This document shows, in pieces, positions 19,806 to 28,908 of a stretch of DNA of 64,000 nt (position 1 is the stretch's first letter; the number at the start of each line of letters is the position of its first letter). The DNA comes from Alphaproteobacteria bacterium (lineage in GTDB: Bacteria > Pseudomonadota > Alphaproteobacteria > UBA7887). Under the pieces are notes generated by a model. It was not told where the DNA came from. It made no database searches and worked only from the letters and a program-made list of their open reading frames with translations. The DNA is taken from positions 3,648,001 to 3,712,000 of the forward strand of contig CBDCGL010000011.1 in assembly GCA_965216755.1 (NCBI GenBank), in the 5' to 3' direction. The translations under genes and the position numbers were made by a program.

Positions 19806-20711
19806 ATGACCCTGACCATAACGCCGCTCGATGCGACCCTCGGTGCCGTTGTTCGAGGTGTCGACTTGGCCTCGATCGACGATACGCAATGGCACCAGAT
19901 CGAGGACGCGTTTCACCACTTTGCGCTGTTGGTTTTTCCCGACCAAAATTTGGGCGAAGACGCGCAAATCGCGTTCGCGCGCCGCTTTGGCGAGATCGAA
20001 TTGTTGCGCCCGGAGTCCGATCAAAAGGCGGTCGAGATCAGCAACAAGAAACCGGACGGTTCGGTTGTTGCCGCCGACGAGTATCACTACAAGGTGTTGC
20101 GCGGCAACGAGGGCTGGCACACGGACAGCTCATATATGCCACTGGCGGCCAAAGCTTCGGTATTGTCGGCTCAGGTCGTGCCGCCCGCGGGCGGTGAAAC
20201 CGAGGTGGCCGACATGCGCGCCGCTTACGACGCGCTCGACCAAGACACCAAGGATCGCATCAGTACTTTGTCGGCCCATCATTCTCTTTATCAGTCGCAA
20301 GCCAAGATCGGCTATGAGATCGAAACCGGCGCTGGCTACGGCTACCACACCAAGGGCGCGCCGCTGCGCCCCTTGGTGAAGGTACATCCGGTGACTGGCC
20401 GCAAGGCCCTGTTCATTGGCCGTCACGCTTTTCGCATACCGGGTCTCGACGACGGCGCGGCGCAAAAACTGCTGGATGATTTGGTCGCGTTCGCCTGTCA
20501 GCCGCCGCGCACTTACACGCATCATTGGCAGGTCGGCGACGTCATCATGTGGGACAACCGCTGCGTCCTGCATCGGGCACGCCCCTATGATTACGGTGTG
20601 CCGCGCGTTCTCAGGCATACCCGTATCGCCGGCGATCCGGCCAGCGAGCTAGCGCCGACCGCGCCGGACGAACGGGCCAGCGGCTATGAAGCGTCGACGT
20701 CAAACCGCTAA
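19806..20711 (+). CDS. TauD/TfdA-family Fe(II)/2-oxoglutarate dioxygenase, SdpA-like
   Basis: WHTDSSY (HxD), ADMRAAYDAL, RPLVKVHP.TGR..L.IGRHA, WDNRCVLHRA. Confidence 0.9.
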   Translation: MTLTITPLDATLGAVVRGVDLASIDDTQWHQIEDAFHHFALLVFPDQNLGEDAQIAFARRFGEIELLRPESDQKAVEISNKKPDGSVVAADEYHYKVLRGNEGWHTDSSYMPLAAKASVLSAQVVPPAGGETEVADMRAAYDALDQDTKDRISTLSAHHSLYQSQAKIGYEIETGAGYGYHTKGAPLRPLVKVHPVTGRKALFIGRHAFRIPGLDDGAAQKLLDDLVAFACQPPRTYTHHWQVGDVIMWDNRCVLHRARPYDYGVPRVLRHTRIAGDPASELAPTAPDERASGYEASTSNR

Positions 20712-20738
20712 CGCCTTCGGGGCAAAAGGGGCTCCACA

Positions 20739-21827
20739 ATGAAAATCGATCGTCTTGATGTGGACTTGTTCCGGATCCCCTTACCGGAACCGGTGGAAGC
20801 AGCGGCCGCGGGCGTTATCGCCGGTTTCGACATGGTCACCGTCCGCATCACCGACAGCGATGGCGCCGCCGGCATTGGCTATACGGTTTTGCACCAACAC
20901 CAAGGCGCGGCCGTCGCAACGATCATTGACAAAGTCTTTCGCGGCATGTTGCGCGACGCCGATCCGCGCTTGATCGAACAGCTCTGGCAACGCTTGTGGC
21001 GCGCCCACCATTATGCCGGACGCGGCGCGCCGCTGAGCTTTGCGTTGGCCGCGGTGGACACCGCCCTTTGGGACTTGCGCGGTCGCAGTTTGGGTGAACC
21101 CTTGTGGCGCTTGCTGGGCGGTTATGCGCCACGGGTCAAGGCCTATGCCGGCAATATCGATTTGAATTTTCCCTTGGTGAAACTGTTGGCCGGGGCCAGC
21201 GCCAGCCTGGCGCAAGGGCACACGTCGGTCAAAATGCGGCTGGGTCGGCCGAGTTTGCGCGAAGACATCGCGCGGGTTGCCGCCATGCGCGAACATCTCG
21301 GCCCGGATATCGAGCTTATGGCCGATGCCAACGAAGCCTGGCGGGTCGATCAAGCGGCGCGCGCGCTGAACGCGTTGCAGGCGTTTGACTTGGTGTGGCT
21401 CGAGGAACCCATCGCGCCCGATAATTTCGCCGGCTATGCACATTTGCGCCGTCTCGGCCGGATTCCGTTGGCGGCCGGAGAGAACCTGCACACGGTGGCT
21501 GAGTTCGCCCAATTGATCGCTGCCGGGGGCGTCGATTTTCCCGAACCTGATCTGACCACATGCGGCGGCATTACACCCTTCATGAAAATCGCGCGGCTGG
21601 CTCAGGCGCATGACCTGCCCGTGATTTCGCACGGGGCACACGACGTGCACGTGCACTTGTTGGCGGCGTGCCCGAATGGCGCTTACCTGGAGATACACGG
21701 CTTCGGGCTTGAGAAGTTCATGGCCACGCCGATGGTCGTGTCGGACGGCCATGCGGTGGCGCCCGATCGACCGGGTCACGGCATCGATTTCGATATGGGC
21801 GGTCTGGCCGTCTATCGCGTGGATTGA
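20739..21827 (+). CDS. Mandelate racemase/muconate lactonizing enzyme family (enolase superfamily)
   Basis: AAVDTALWDL, KMR, MADANE, WLEEP, AAGEN, SHG, PDRPGHG. Confidence 0.9.
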   Translation: MKIDRLDVDLFRIPLPEPVEAAAAGVIAGFDMVTVRITDSDGAAGIGYTVLHQHQGAAVATIIDKVFRGMLRDADPRLIEQLWQRLWRAHHYAGRGAPLSFALAAVDTALWDLRGRSLGEPLWRLLGGYAPRVKAYAGNIDLNFPLVKLLAGASASLAQGHTSVKMRLGRPSLREDIARVAAMREHLGPDIELMADANEAWRVDQAARALNALQAFDLVWLEEPIAPDNFAGYAHLRRLGRIPLAAGENLHTVAEFAQLIAAGGVDFPEPDLTTCGGITPFMKIARLAQAHDLPVISHGAHDVHVHLLAACPNGAYLEIHGFGLEKFMATPMVVSDGHAVAPDRPGHGIDFDMGGLAVYRVD

Positions 21828-21852
21828 GGGTCCGAGCGATGGCGTATCGAGC

Positions 21853-22770
21853 GTGGACGAGCTTGAGCCGATTACAAACGTGACCTTTTTTCCGGGCTTT
21901 GAACTGCGGCATGTTGCCGTGCCTGGCGGCACGCTCAGATTGCGTCGGGGTGGCAATGGCCCACCGCTGTTGTTGCTGCACGGCAATCCGCAGACTCATG
22001 CCATGTGGCATCGGATCGCGCCACGTCTCGCCGACAACTTCGACGTGGTTTGCCCCGACTTGCGCGGCTATGGCGGGTCGTTCAAGCCGGCGGCCAGCGC
22101 CGATCACGCGCCCTATGCCAAACGGGAAATGGCGAATGACATGGTGGCGTTGATGTCGGCTCTTGGTCACGAGGGCTTCCATTTGGTCGGCCACGACCGT
22201 GGCGCGCGGGTCGCCCATCGCCTGGCGCTCGACCATCCGCGTTCCGTGGGCAAATTGGCGCTGCTCGATATCGTGCCGACGCTCGAGCATTTCGAGCGCG
22301 CCGACATGGCCTTTGGTCTGGGCTACTACCACTGGTTCTGGTTGGCCCAGCCGCACCCCTTTCCGGAGACTCTGATCAACGCGGCACCCGAGGCCTGGTT
22401 CCACGCCCATACATCGCGGGAGCCGAAGCCCGACGATTTTTTCGATCGCGCTGCGCGCGCCGATTATCTGTCGGCGGTGCGCCAGCCGGCGATGATCACG
22501 GCCATGTGCGAGGATTATCGTGCCGCCGCGTCGATCGATTTGGTTCACGATCGCGAAAGCCGCGCGCGTGGCGACAAGATCCAGTGCCCGTTGCTTGTGC
22601 TGTGGGGATCCAAAGGCAGAATCGGCCAATGGTATGATCCGCTGCCGCTGTGGTCGTCCTACAGTGCTCGCCCGGTCACCGGCGGCGCGGTCGAGAGTGG
22701 CCATTATCTGGCGGAAGAAGCGCCGGCGACAGTGCTCGATCACCTGGTGCGGTTCTTGGACGATCGGTGA
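21853..22770 (+). CDS. Alpha/beta hydrolase, fluoroacetate/haloacetate dehalogenase type
   Basis: LLHGNPQTHAMWH, nucleophile Asp in GHDRGARVAHR, YYHWFWLAQP, CEDYRA, GHYLAEEAP. Start uncertain (21853 or 21880). Confidence 0.85.
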   Translation: MDELEPITNVTFFPGFELRHVAVPGGTLRLRRGGNGPPLLLLHGNPQTHAMWHRIAPRLADNFDVVCPDLRGYGGSFKPAASADHAPYAKREMANDMVALMSALGHEGFHLVGHDRGARVAHRLALDHPRSVGKLALLDIVPTLEHFERADMAFGLGYYHWFWLAQPHPFPETLINAAPEAWFHAHTSREPKPDDFFDRAARADYLSAVRQPAMITAMCEDYRAAASIDLVHDRESRARGDKIQCPLLVLWGSKGRIGQWYDPLPLWSSYSARPVTGGAVESGHYLAEEAPATVLDHLVRFLDDR

Positions 22771-22848
22771 CAGCTTACTAAATATGCTAAATAGAGCCGC
22801 TCCAAAACATAGGCATGCAAAATGTAGTGTATTTAGTAAACTGTCACC
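22766..22848. repeat. Inverted-repeat element, copy 1 (REPIN/MITE-like, 83 bp)
   Basis: GGTGACAGcTTACTAAATA...TATTTAGTAAACTGTCACC. Homologous to 39420-39501 and 48092-48174; supplies the TGA stop of the upstream hydrolase. Confidence 0.85.
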
Positions 22849-23005
22849 AGAACTAAGCCACTGGCATGTCGACTATGATTCGCGACGGTGGTCGGGGCTC
22901 TGACGACAACCGCCTATGGGGCGATACCAGCGCTGCCCGGTCGCGCGCAGGTTGACGCAACCCGCGCCGTGCCGACCTGACAAATCTCACAGACGAAGAG
23001 ACGCC

Positions 23006-23827
23006 TCAGTCCGGCCAGACGACATTGGCGGACAAATCAGGCCAGCCGATCGGTGCACCCGCCTTTTCCGCGGCTTCGGCGGGATCAATTCTCGGATCCC
23101 AATGGCCACCGACAAAGCGACGGCCGGTCACCCGATCTGCCGCTTGTGACACCAACCAGCGCAAGGGCGGCCCCATCACTTCGGGGCGCAACATTTTGGA
23201 TCGGTCCAACTTTGAGCCCGCGCCGATAAACGGCGTATCGGTGGGGCCGCCCGGGACCAATACATTGACCGTCACCCCCGTGCCGTCCAGCTCTGCCGCC
23301 CAAACCGCCGACGCAGCTTCCAAGGCCGCTTTCGAGGCGCCATAGGGCAGCAGGCGCAACATGGTGAAAAAACTGGTGGTGTTATTGATTACGCGTCCCC
23401 AGCCGCGTTTCGCCATATGCGGCGTCGCCAGGCGCGTCAACATGAACGGCCCGGCGACATTGACATCGAAAAAGCGCCGCCATGTGTCGGGCGTGATCTC
23501 GGCCAGGCCGGGGTGGTTGGTTTCGGCGTCTGGACGGATCGAACTTGCGCCAATCCCGGCATTGTTGATCAGCACATCCAGCGACCCAAATCGGTCGAGG
23601 ACATGGTCGATCGCCCGCGCGCAGTCGGCCGCATCGGCGACGTCGCCCAGCACTGCCGATGTGCGCGCGCCTAATGTGGCGGCAACCGCCTCTGCGGCGC
23701 TTTGCGGCAAGTCCATCAACACGACCCTGACTCCGTCGGCCAAAAGGCTGTCGGCCATGGCTTGCCCAATGCCTCCGGCGCCGCCTGTGATCAAGGCAAC
23801 ACGGCCGTTTTGCGTTTCACTTGTCAT
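23006..23827 (-). CDS. SDR family oxidoreductase
   Basis: TGGAGGIG, LINNAG, YGASK. Confidence 0.92.
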   Translation of the reverse strand: MTSETQNGRVALITGGAGGIGQAMADSLLADGVRVVLMDLPQSAAEAVAATLGARTSAVLGDVADAADCARAIDHVLDRFGSLDVLINNAGIGASSIRPDAETNHPGLAEITPDTWRRFFDVNVAGPFMLTRLATPHMAKRGWGRVINNTTSFFTMLRLLPYGASKAALEAASAVWAAELDGTGVTVNVLVPGGPTDTPFIGAGSKLDRSKMLRPEVMGPPLRWLVSQAADRVTGRRFVGGHWDPRIDPAEAAEKAGAPIGWPDLSANVVWPD

Positions 23828-23911
23828 GGGTTGCGCTCACTCGCTCGTGCTGGATCGGTGCACAGCCTATCGCCGTGTCACGTCTGAGTCTCGCCGTCTA
23901 CGGTATCACCC

Positions 23912-24931
23912 TCAGGCACTTTCGCGACGGACGATCTCAAAGCCGAAATCAAGCCGTGCGGGATGCGCGGTGACCGCGCTCAGCCGATCCAAGATGACCT
24001 GGGCGGCGGTTCGCCCGATATCGTAACGGGCAATGCGCACGGTGGTCAGCGCCGGCACCGTTTGGGCGGCGATCTCGAAATCCCCGAACCCGGCAATTGC
24101 GATCCGTCCGGGCACCGGCCAGCCGCGCCGCTGGCAGGCAAACAACGCGCCGGCGGCGGCACTGTCACTGGCCGCGAACACCGCTTCGGTCGCCGGGTGA
24201 TCTGACAGCAACGCTTCAACGGCGCGCCCGGCGGCAGCCATATGATGGCTGTCGACGCTGATCGTGCGCGCGTGGTCCGATAGACCATGTGCCGCGAGGC
24301 AGCGTTGATATCCGGATTGGCGCGCGACGCTGCGCGATTCATCGGACCTGCCCAGAAATGCAATCCGCTGATAGCCGGCCGCGACCAAGGCTTCGGTCAT
24401 GGCGTAGCCGGCAGCCTGGTTGGAAAAGCCGACGACACTATCGATGGGTGTATCGGTCAATGTCCAGGTCTCGACCACGGGCAACCGGGCTTGCAGAAGC
24501 ATGTCGCGCAAAGCGCCGGTGTGTGCGGCGCCGGTCAGAATGAGCCCGTCGGGGCGCCGGCCGAGCATGGCGCGCGCCAATCGTTCTTCGCCAGCGAGCG
24601 AATAGCGCGATTCACCGATGATCAGTTGGTAACCCGCGGCGCCTATACAGTCAGAGATCCCTTGAACGCTGTCGTCGAATATGGAGCTGGCCACCGTTGG
24701 CACGATGACGGCAATAATCCCGCTGTGCCGTGACGCCAGGCTGGAGGCGACCAAATCGGGCACATAGCCAAGATCGTGCATCGCCGCTTCGACCCGTTGG
24801 CGCGTGGCCGCGGCAACCTTGTCAGGCGCCCGCAAGGCGCGCGACACGGTCATCGCAGAAACACCGGCCAGCGCTGCGACGGCTTTCATATCAGGACGCT
24901 GCCGCGCGGCGCTTCGCTCGGTTCTGGCCAT
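23912..24931 (-). CDS. LacI-family transcriptional regulator (gluconate-repressor-like)
   Basis: MKAVAALAGVSAMTVSRAL HTH, YVPD..A.SL, IAGFGD, PALTTV. Confidence 0.93.
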   Translation of the reverse strand: MARTERSAARQRPDMKAVAALAGVSAMTVSRALRAPDKVAAATRQRVEAAMHDLGYVPDLVASSLASRHSGIIAVIVPTVASSIFDDSVQGISDCIGAAGYQLIIGESRYSLAGEERLARAMLGRRPDGLILTGAAHTGALRDMLLQARLPVVETWTLTDTPIDSVVGFSNQAAGYAMTEALVAAGYQRIAFLGRSDESRSVARQSGYQRCLAAHGLSDHARTISVDSHHMAAAGRAVEALLSDHPATEAVFAASDSAAAGALFACQRRGWPVPGRIAIAGFGDFEIAAQTVPALTTVRIARYDIGRTAAQVILDRLSAVTAHPARLDFGFEIVRRESA

Positions 24932-24964
24932 TGTGGACAGGGCGTGTCGGCCGGGTGGCCTTGC

Positions 24965-25825
24965 CTAGCTCAGCAAGTGCGGGCGTCCGGTGGCGCGCTG
25001 GTTCTCGTAAATCGACCCTTGATGGATGGCCGGCGGAAATGGCATGCGCACCGGCACCGGCTCAAGCCGCGGTTCGACCGACGGCGCGCCCGTCAACAGC
25101 AGCGACTTAAAATAGTCCGGGTCCAAGGTCTCGTGGATCGGCCATGCATCGGCGGCCCGATACTGATGCAGCAACAAGCGGCGCGGCCCGTGCGAGAGAT
25201 TGGGCGTAGACCCATGCACAATGCGAACATGGTGGATGCTGATGGCGCCGGCCCGGCCGGTCAGCGGTACCGCTTGAGCATACAGTGGATCGGCCGCCGC
25301 ATCGGTGATGGCGCCGCAAAACCGCCCATCCGCATGGTGATCGTAGATCGGCCCGCGGTGGCTGCCGGGCACGACCATGAGCGGGCCGTTTTCTAGCGTC
25401 ACGTCGTCGAGCATGAACCCAACGGCGCACAAATCATCGTTGGTGTGCGGGTAAAACGCCCAATCTTGATGCCATTCGACGGCCGCGCCACCCGCCGCCG
25501 CTTTGACGTTCAGCTTACTGTTGTCAAAACGGACACCGGGTCCAATCAACGCTTCCATGACTTCTAGGACAAGCGGATGGGTGACCATGGCGTGATAGGT
25601 CTTGTGCCATTTGTGCGGCGTCTTGATGCGCCGCACCCGCGGCTGATCGGGCTTGTGATCATCTTCCAAGTCATAGACTTCGTTATGGGCGGTGACGTCG
25701 CCCGACTGGCGAATAAGCGCATCGGTCGTCGCGCGTAGGCGGTCGATCTCGTCGGCACCCAACACGTCGTCCACAACCAAATATCCGTTCTCGCGATAAA
25801 ATGTGACGTCGGCGTCAGCGAGCAT
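24965..25825 (-). CDS. Phytanoyl-CoA dioxygenase (PhyH) family protein
   Basis: FYRENGYL, KLNVK, WHQDWAFYPHTN, ENGPLMVVPGSH, HGSTPN. Confidence 0.9.
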   Translation of the reverse strand: MLADADVTFYRENGYLVVDDVLGADEIDRLRATTDALIRQSGDVTAHNEVYDLEDDHKPDQPRVRRIKTPHKWHKTYHAMVTHPLVLEVMEALIGPGVRFDNSKLNVKAAAGGAAVEWHQDWAFYPHTNDDLCAVGFMLDDVTLENGPLMVVPGSHRGPIYDHHADGRFCGAITDAAADPLYAQAVPLTGRAGAISIHHVRIVHGSTPNLSHGPRRLLLHQYRAADAWPIHETLDPDYFKSLLLTGAPSVEPRLEPVPVRMPFPPAIHQGSIYENQRATGRPHLLS

Positions 25826-25869
25826 CGGCGTTTCTCCAACCTTCGTATCCGACCCTAGGGCGCGCCCGC

Positions 25870-25885
25870 ACGTTAGCGCTAACAT
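25870..25885. promoter_or_regulatory. LacI-family operator upstream of phyH-lacI
   Basis: Perfect 12-bp palindrome GTTAGCGCTAAC (context acGTTAGCGCTAACat) with central CG, about 45 bp upstream of the phyH start. Confidence 0.75.
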
Positions 25886-26254
25886 TGGCCCAAGACAAGA
25901 GCTGACTGACGCACCCCGGCTGGCCATGGCTGTCTCCGGGTTTGTTCAATAAGTCAAACGTGTAGGTCGAAGATTTGGTGTCAGAAAGTTTACACGGGAC
26001 CTGACCCGGTTCGTCGTGCGCATGTGGCGAGGCTGCGTCATACGCTGGTTTCAAAAACCGCCAAATTCAGCTCTTTTTGGCGGCTGTCGGGTGGCCGGAT
26101 CAGGGCCGTCGCCGGCACCGCCCGCGGCTTTTCCGGTTGATCGTTAACTTTTGCGTTTCGGCGTTGAAACAAACGTCGCGCGGCTATCGCTTAACTCTGT
26201 GAGGTATTTCTAATTTCTAAAATGAAATCAATTAAATAGTAATTTTTCGAAAAT

Positions 26255-26270
26255 TGGCACGGGTCTTGCT
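26255..26270 (+). promoter_or_regulatory. Sigma54 (-24/-12) promoter
   Basis: TGGCACGGGTCTTGCT matches TGGCACG-N4-TTGCW exactly. It is preceded by an AT-rich tract (26205-26254) with an IHF-like AATCAA. Confidence 0.85.
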
Positions 26271-26414
26271 GGGAAGGGGCCGCTAGGTAGTGAGGCGCAC
26301 GACGCTGTTCATGACCTGGGGGGTCTTGGCGTGTGTCGACAAAGGGAACGCAACAAGCCAGACACGCGCGATGGCCCCGCTCATGAGGACATAGGGACCT
26401 AGGAGAACAAAATA

Positions 26415-27602
26415 ATGAGGACCGGTACCTTGCTTTCCGCAGCCTCGGTCTTGGCGTTCAGCATCGCGCTGAGCGGCACCGCCGCAGGTCAGACGCTCGA
26501 CGACAACCAGCTCAATGTTGGCGCGTTGTTTGGGCAAGCAAATGGCAACGCAAATGATCGCAGCCGCGCAGACAACGACTTCATCGACGCCGACGTAACG
26601 CTGACCGACAACAATGCCGGGTTCGGCAACGCGTCGGGCGGCAGCACGGCCGACAATGACGGCATCGACAATAAGGGTGGCACGATCGACAACGATGGCT
26701 ACGACATCGACGTCAAAGATGTCACCGTCAAGGCTTCCAACGTCGAAGACAGCAACAACAGCAACGCCCTGTATTGGTGGTACAACTCGCTCAACACCGT
26801 GAATGTCGATCACAGTATTCACGACAACATCGCGATGCTCAGCCGCACCGATCTCGAAGCCATGGTGTCGGGCGTCAACATGTTCAACCTGAACGCCCAT
26901 GGCGCGGCCACCGGCGGTGCCGGCCTCGCGTATGCTGGCGGCGAAGCCAATGCGAAAGCCAAGGGCAAGGTCAAAGCCAAAGCTGACGGCGACTCGACGG
27001 CGCGCAACAAAAACCGCACCGACGCCGACTCTGGCGGATTCGCGCTGGGCGCGGCCGGCGGCAACACGGGCGGCGACGCCACCAACACGGCCGGCAGCTC
27101 GACGGCCCATGGCGGCGGTGCACTCAACGCCACCGATGGTACGGCAGCCGGAATCTTCATCGGCTTTGCGGCGAACAAGACCGAATCCACGGACGGCAGC
27201 GGCGACGCGGCCGGCGCGTCGGGTGCGGGCGGCACGGCAGCCGGCGATGCCGGCGATGTCGGCGACACCTTGGGACTCGCGGTGGTCGATGCCGACGCCA
27301 CGTCAGGTGCGGCCAAGGCCGACGCCAAGTCCGGCAATATCGGCAACATGGCAGCAGCCGGTAACACTTCCAGCGCGGACGCCAGCAACAACTCGGCAGC
27401 GACCATCGAAGGTGGCACGCAAACAACAACCCTGGATGTCAACTTCGCCACCGGCAGCATCTCCAGCATGATCAGTGATCTGCGCGGCATCAACCCGATC
27501 GTTCAGAACACTGGCTTTGCTTCCAACCAAAACGTCTCGATCAGCGTCAACGCGATGGTCGCCAGCGTCAACGGCGGCGGCACCATCGGTAGCGGCCGCT
27601 AA
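26415..27602 (+). CDS. Secreted Gly/Ala/Asn/Asp-rich protein, paralog 1 (candidate Fap-like amyloid/fibre subunit)
   Basis: RBS AGGAG, Sec signal peptide, no Cys, almost no Pro, DND repeats, C-terminal LRGINPIVQNTGFASNQNVSISVNA. Confidence 0.8.
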   Translation: MRTGTLLSAASVLAFSIALSGTAAGQTLDDNQLNVGALFGQANGNANDRSRADNDFIDADVTLTDNNAGFGNASGGSTADNDGIDNKGGTIDNDGYDIDVKDVTVKASNVEDSNNSNALYWWYNSLNTVNVDHSIHDNIAMLSRTDLEAMVSGVNMFNLNAHGAATGGAGLAYAGGEANAKAKGKVKAKADGDSTARNKNRTDADSGGFALGAAGGNTGGDATNTAGSSTAHGGGALNATDGTAAGIFIGFAANKTESTDGSGDAAGASGAGGTAAGDAGDVGDTLGLAVVDADATSGAAKADAKSGNIGNMAAAGNTSSADASNNSAATIEGGTQTTTLDVNFATGSISSMISDLRGINPIVQNTGFASNQNVSISVNAMVASVNGGGTIGSGR

Positions 27603-27647
27603 TCGATTGTCGTCAAAGGTTTGAAGCAGGCTCTCTAGGAGGCAAAA

Positions 27648-28823
27648 ATGAGAAAACTCACCTTGTTGACCGCTGCGTCGGCCATGGCCCTGGGCTTGGG
27701 TCTTGCGCAGTCGGCGCAGGCCGTGGATGTGACCAACAACCAAGCCAATGTTGGTATCCTCGGCACCGCCAACAACAACGCCAACGATCGCAGCGTCACC
27801 GACAATGACGGTCTGGATCTGGATGTCAAAGCCGACAGCAACAATATCGGCTTCGGCAATGCCAGTGGCGAATCGACCGCAGACAACGACTTCGTCGACA
27901 ACAAAGAAGGCACCATCGACAATGATGAGGTCGACGTCGACGTCACCGGCGTGGATATCACCCTGTCCAACAAAGAGCGCAGCGGCAACACCGCCGTCTG
28001 GGCGATGATGTGGGGCTCGGGCAACAGCGCGTCATATGACGGCAGCATCCACAACAACATCGCGCAGCTGAGCCACACCCAGCTGAGCGCTGCGGTGACC
28101 GAAATCCAGATGTTCGATATCGAAGCCGGTGGCTACGCCTTTGGTGGCCTCGGCGCCGCGGTTGCCGACGGCGAAGCCAAAGCCCGGGCCAAGGGCAAGG
28201 TCCGCGCTAAGGCCGATGGTGACTCGACGGCCAAGAACCGCAACAAAGCGGATGCTGACGCGTTTGGCGCCACGGCGGCGGCGGCTGGCCACAACGAAGG
28301 TGGCACGGTCGAAAACGAAGCCGGCAACTCCGCCGCCAATGGCGGCTTGGCCATTAACCTCACCGATGGTGACGCGATCGCCTTGCTCGGTGCCGCGGCC
28401 AACTGGACCAAGTCCGAAGATGGCGGCAACGATGCCAAGGGCATGTCCGACAAGGGCGGCAGCGCCGAAGGTGCCGGCGGCGACGTCGGCGACACTGCCG
28501 CGGTTGCTTTGGTCGATGCCGACGCCAACTCTGGCGACGCCACCGCGACGGCGACGTCGGGTGACGTGGCCAACACGGCCGTTGGTGTCAACGAGTCGAC
28601 GGCCACGGCGTCGAACGACACCGAAGCCACGCTTGGCGGCTCCAGCCAAGAAACCAAAGTGGCGTTCAACTTCACGACCGGCGGCCTCCTCGGGTCGGTC
28701 GGAAGCCTGCGCGGAATCAATCCGGTCATGCAAAATACCGGCTTCGCGCACAATCAGAACGTTGGCGTCAGCGTTAACGCGTTGGTCGGCAGCGTCAACG
28801 GCTCGGGCTCGATCCGGCCGTAG
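27648..28823 (+). CDS. Secreted Gly/Ala/Asn/Asp-rich protein, paralog 2
   Basis: RBS AGGAGG, signal peptide ending AQA, colinear with paralog 1, C-terminal LRGINPVMQNTGFAHNQNVGVSVNA. Confidence 0.8.
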   Translation: MRKLTLLTAASAMALGLGLAQSAQAVDVTNNQANVGILGTANNNANDRSVTDNDGLDLDVKADSNNIGFGNASGESTADNDFVDNKEGTIDNDEVDVDVTGVDITLSNKERSGNTAVWAMMWGSGNSASYDGSIHNNIAQLSHTQLSAAVTEIQMFDIEAGGYAFGGLGAAVADGEAKARAKGKVRAKADGDSTAKNRNKADADAFGATAAAAGHNEGGTVENEAGNSAANGGLAINLTDGDAIALLGAAANWTKSEDGGNDAKGMSDKGGSAEGAGGDVGDTAAVALVDADANSGDATATATSGDVANTAVGVNESTATASNDTEATLGGSSQETKVAFNFTTGGLLGSVGSLRGINPVMQNTGFAHNQNVGVSVNALVGSVNGSGSIRP

Positions 28824-28853
28824 TAGCAACAACAGTCCTTCGACACACACACT

Positions 28854-28889
28854 GCGGTGGGAGGCCCCCCTCCCACCGCTTTTTTTTTT
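28854..28889 (+). terminator. Rho-independent terminator
   Basis: GCGGTGGGAGG-CCCC-CCTCCCACCGC perfect 11-bp stem followed by T10. Confidence 0.92.
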
Positions 28890-28908
28890 GTTCCGATCAG
28901 AAGCGCCG

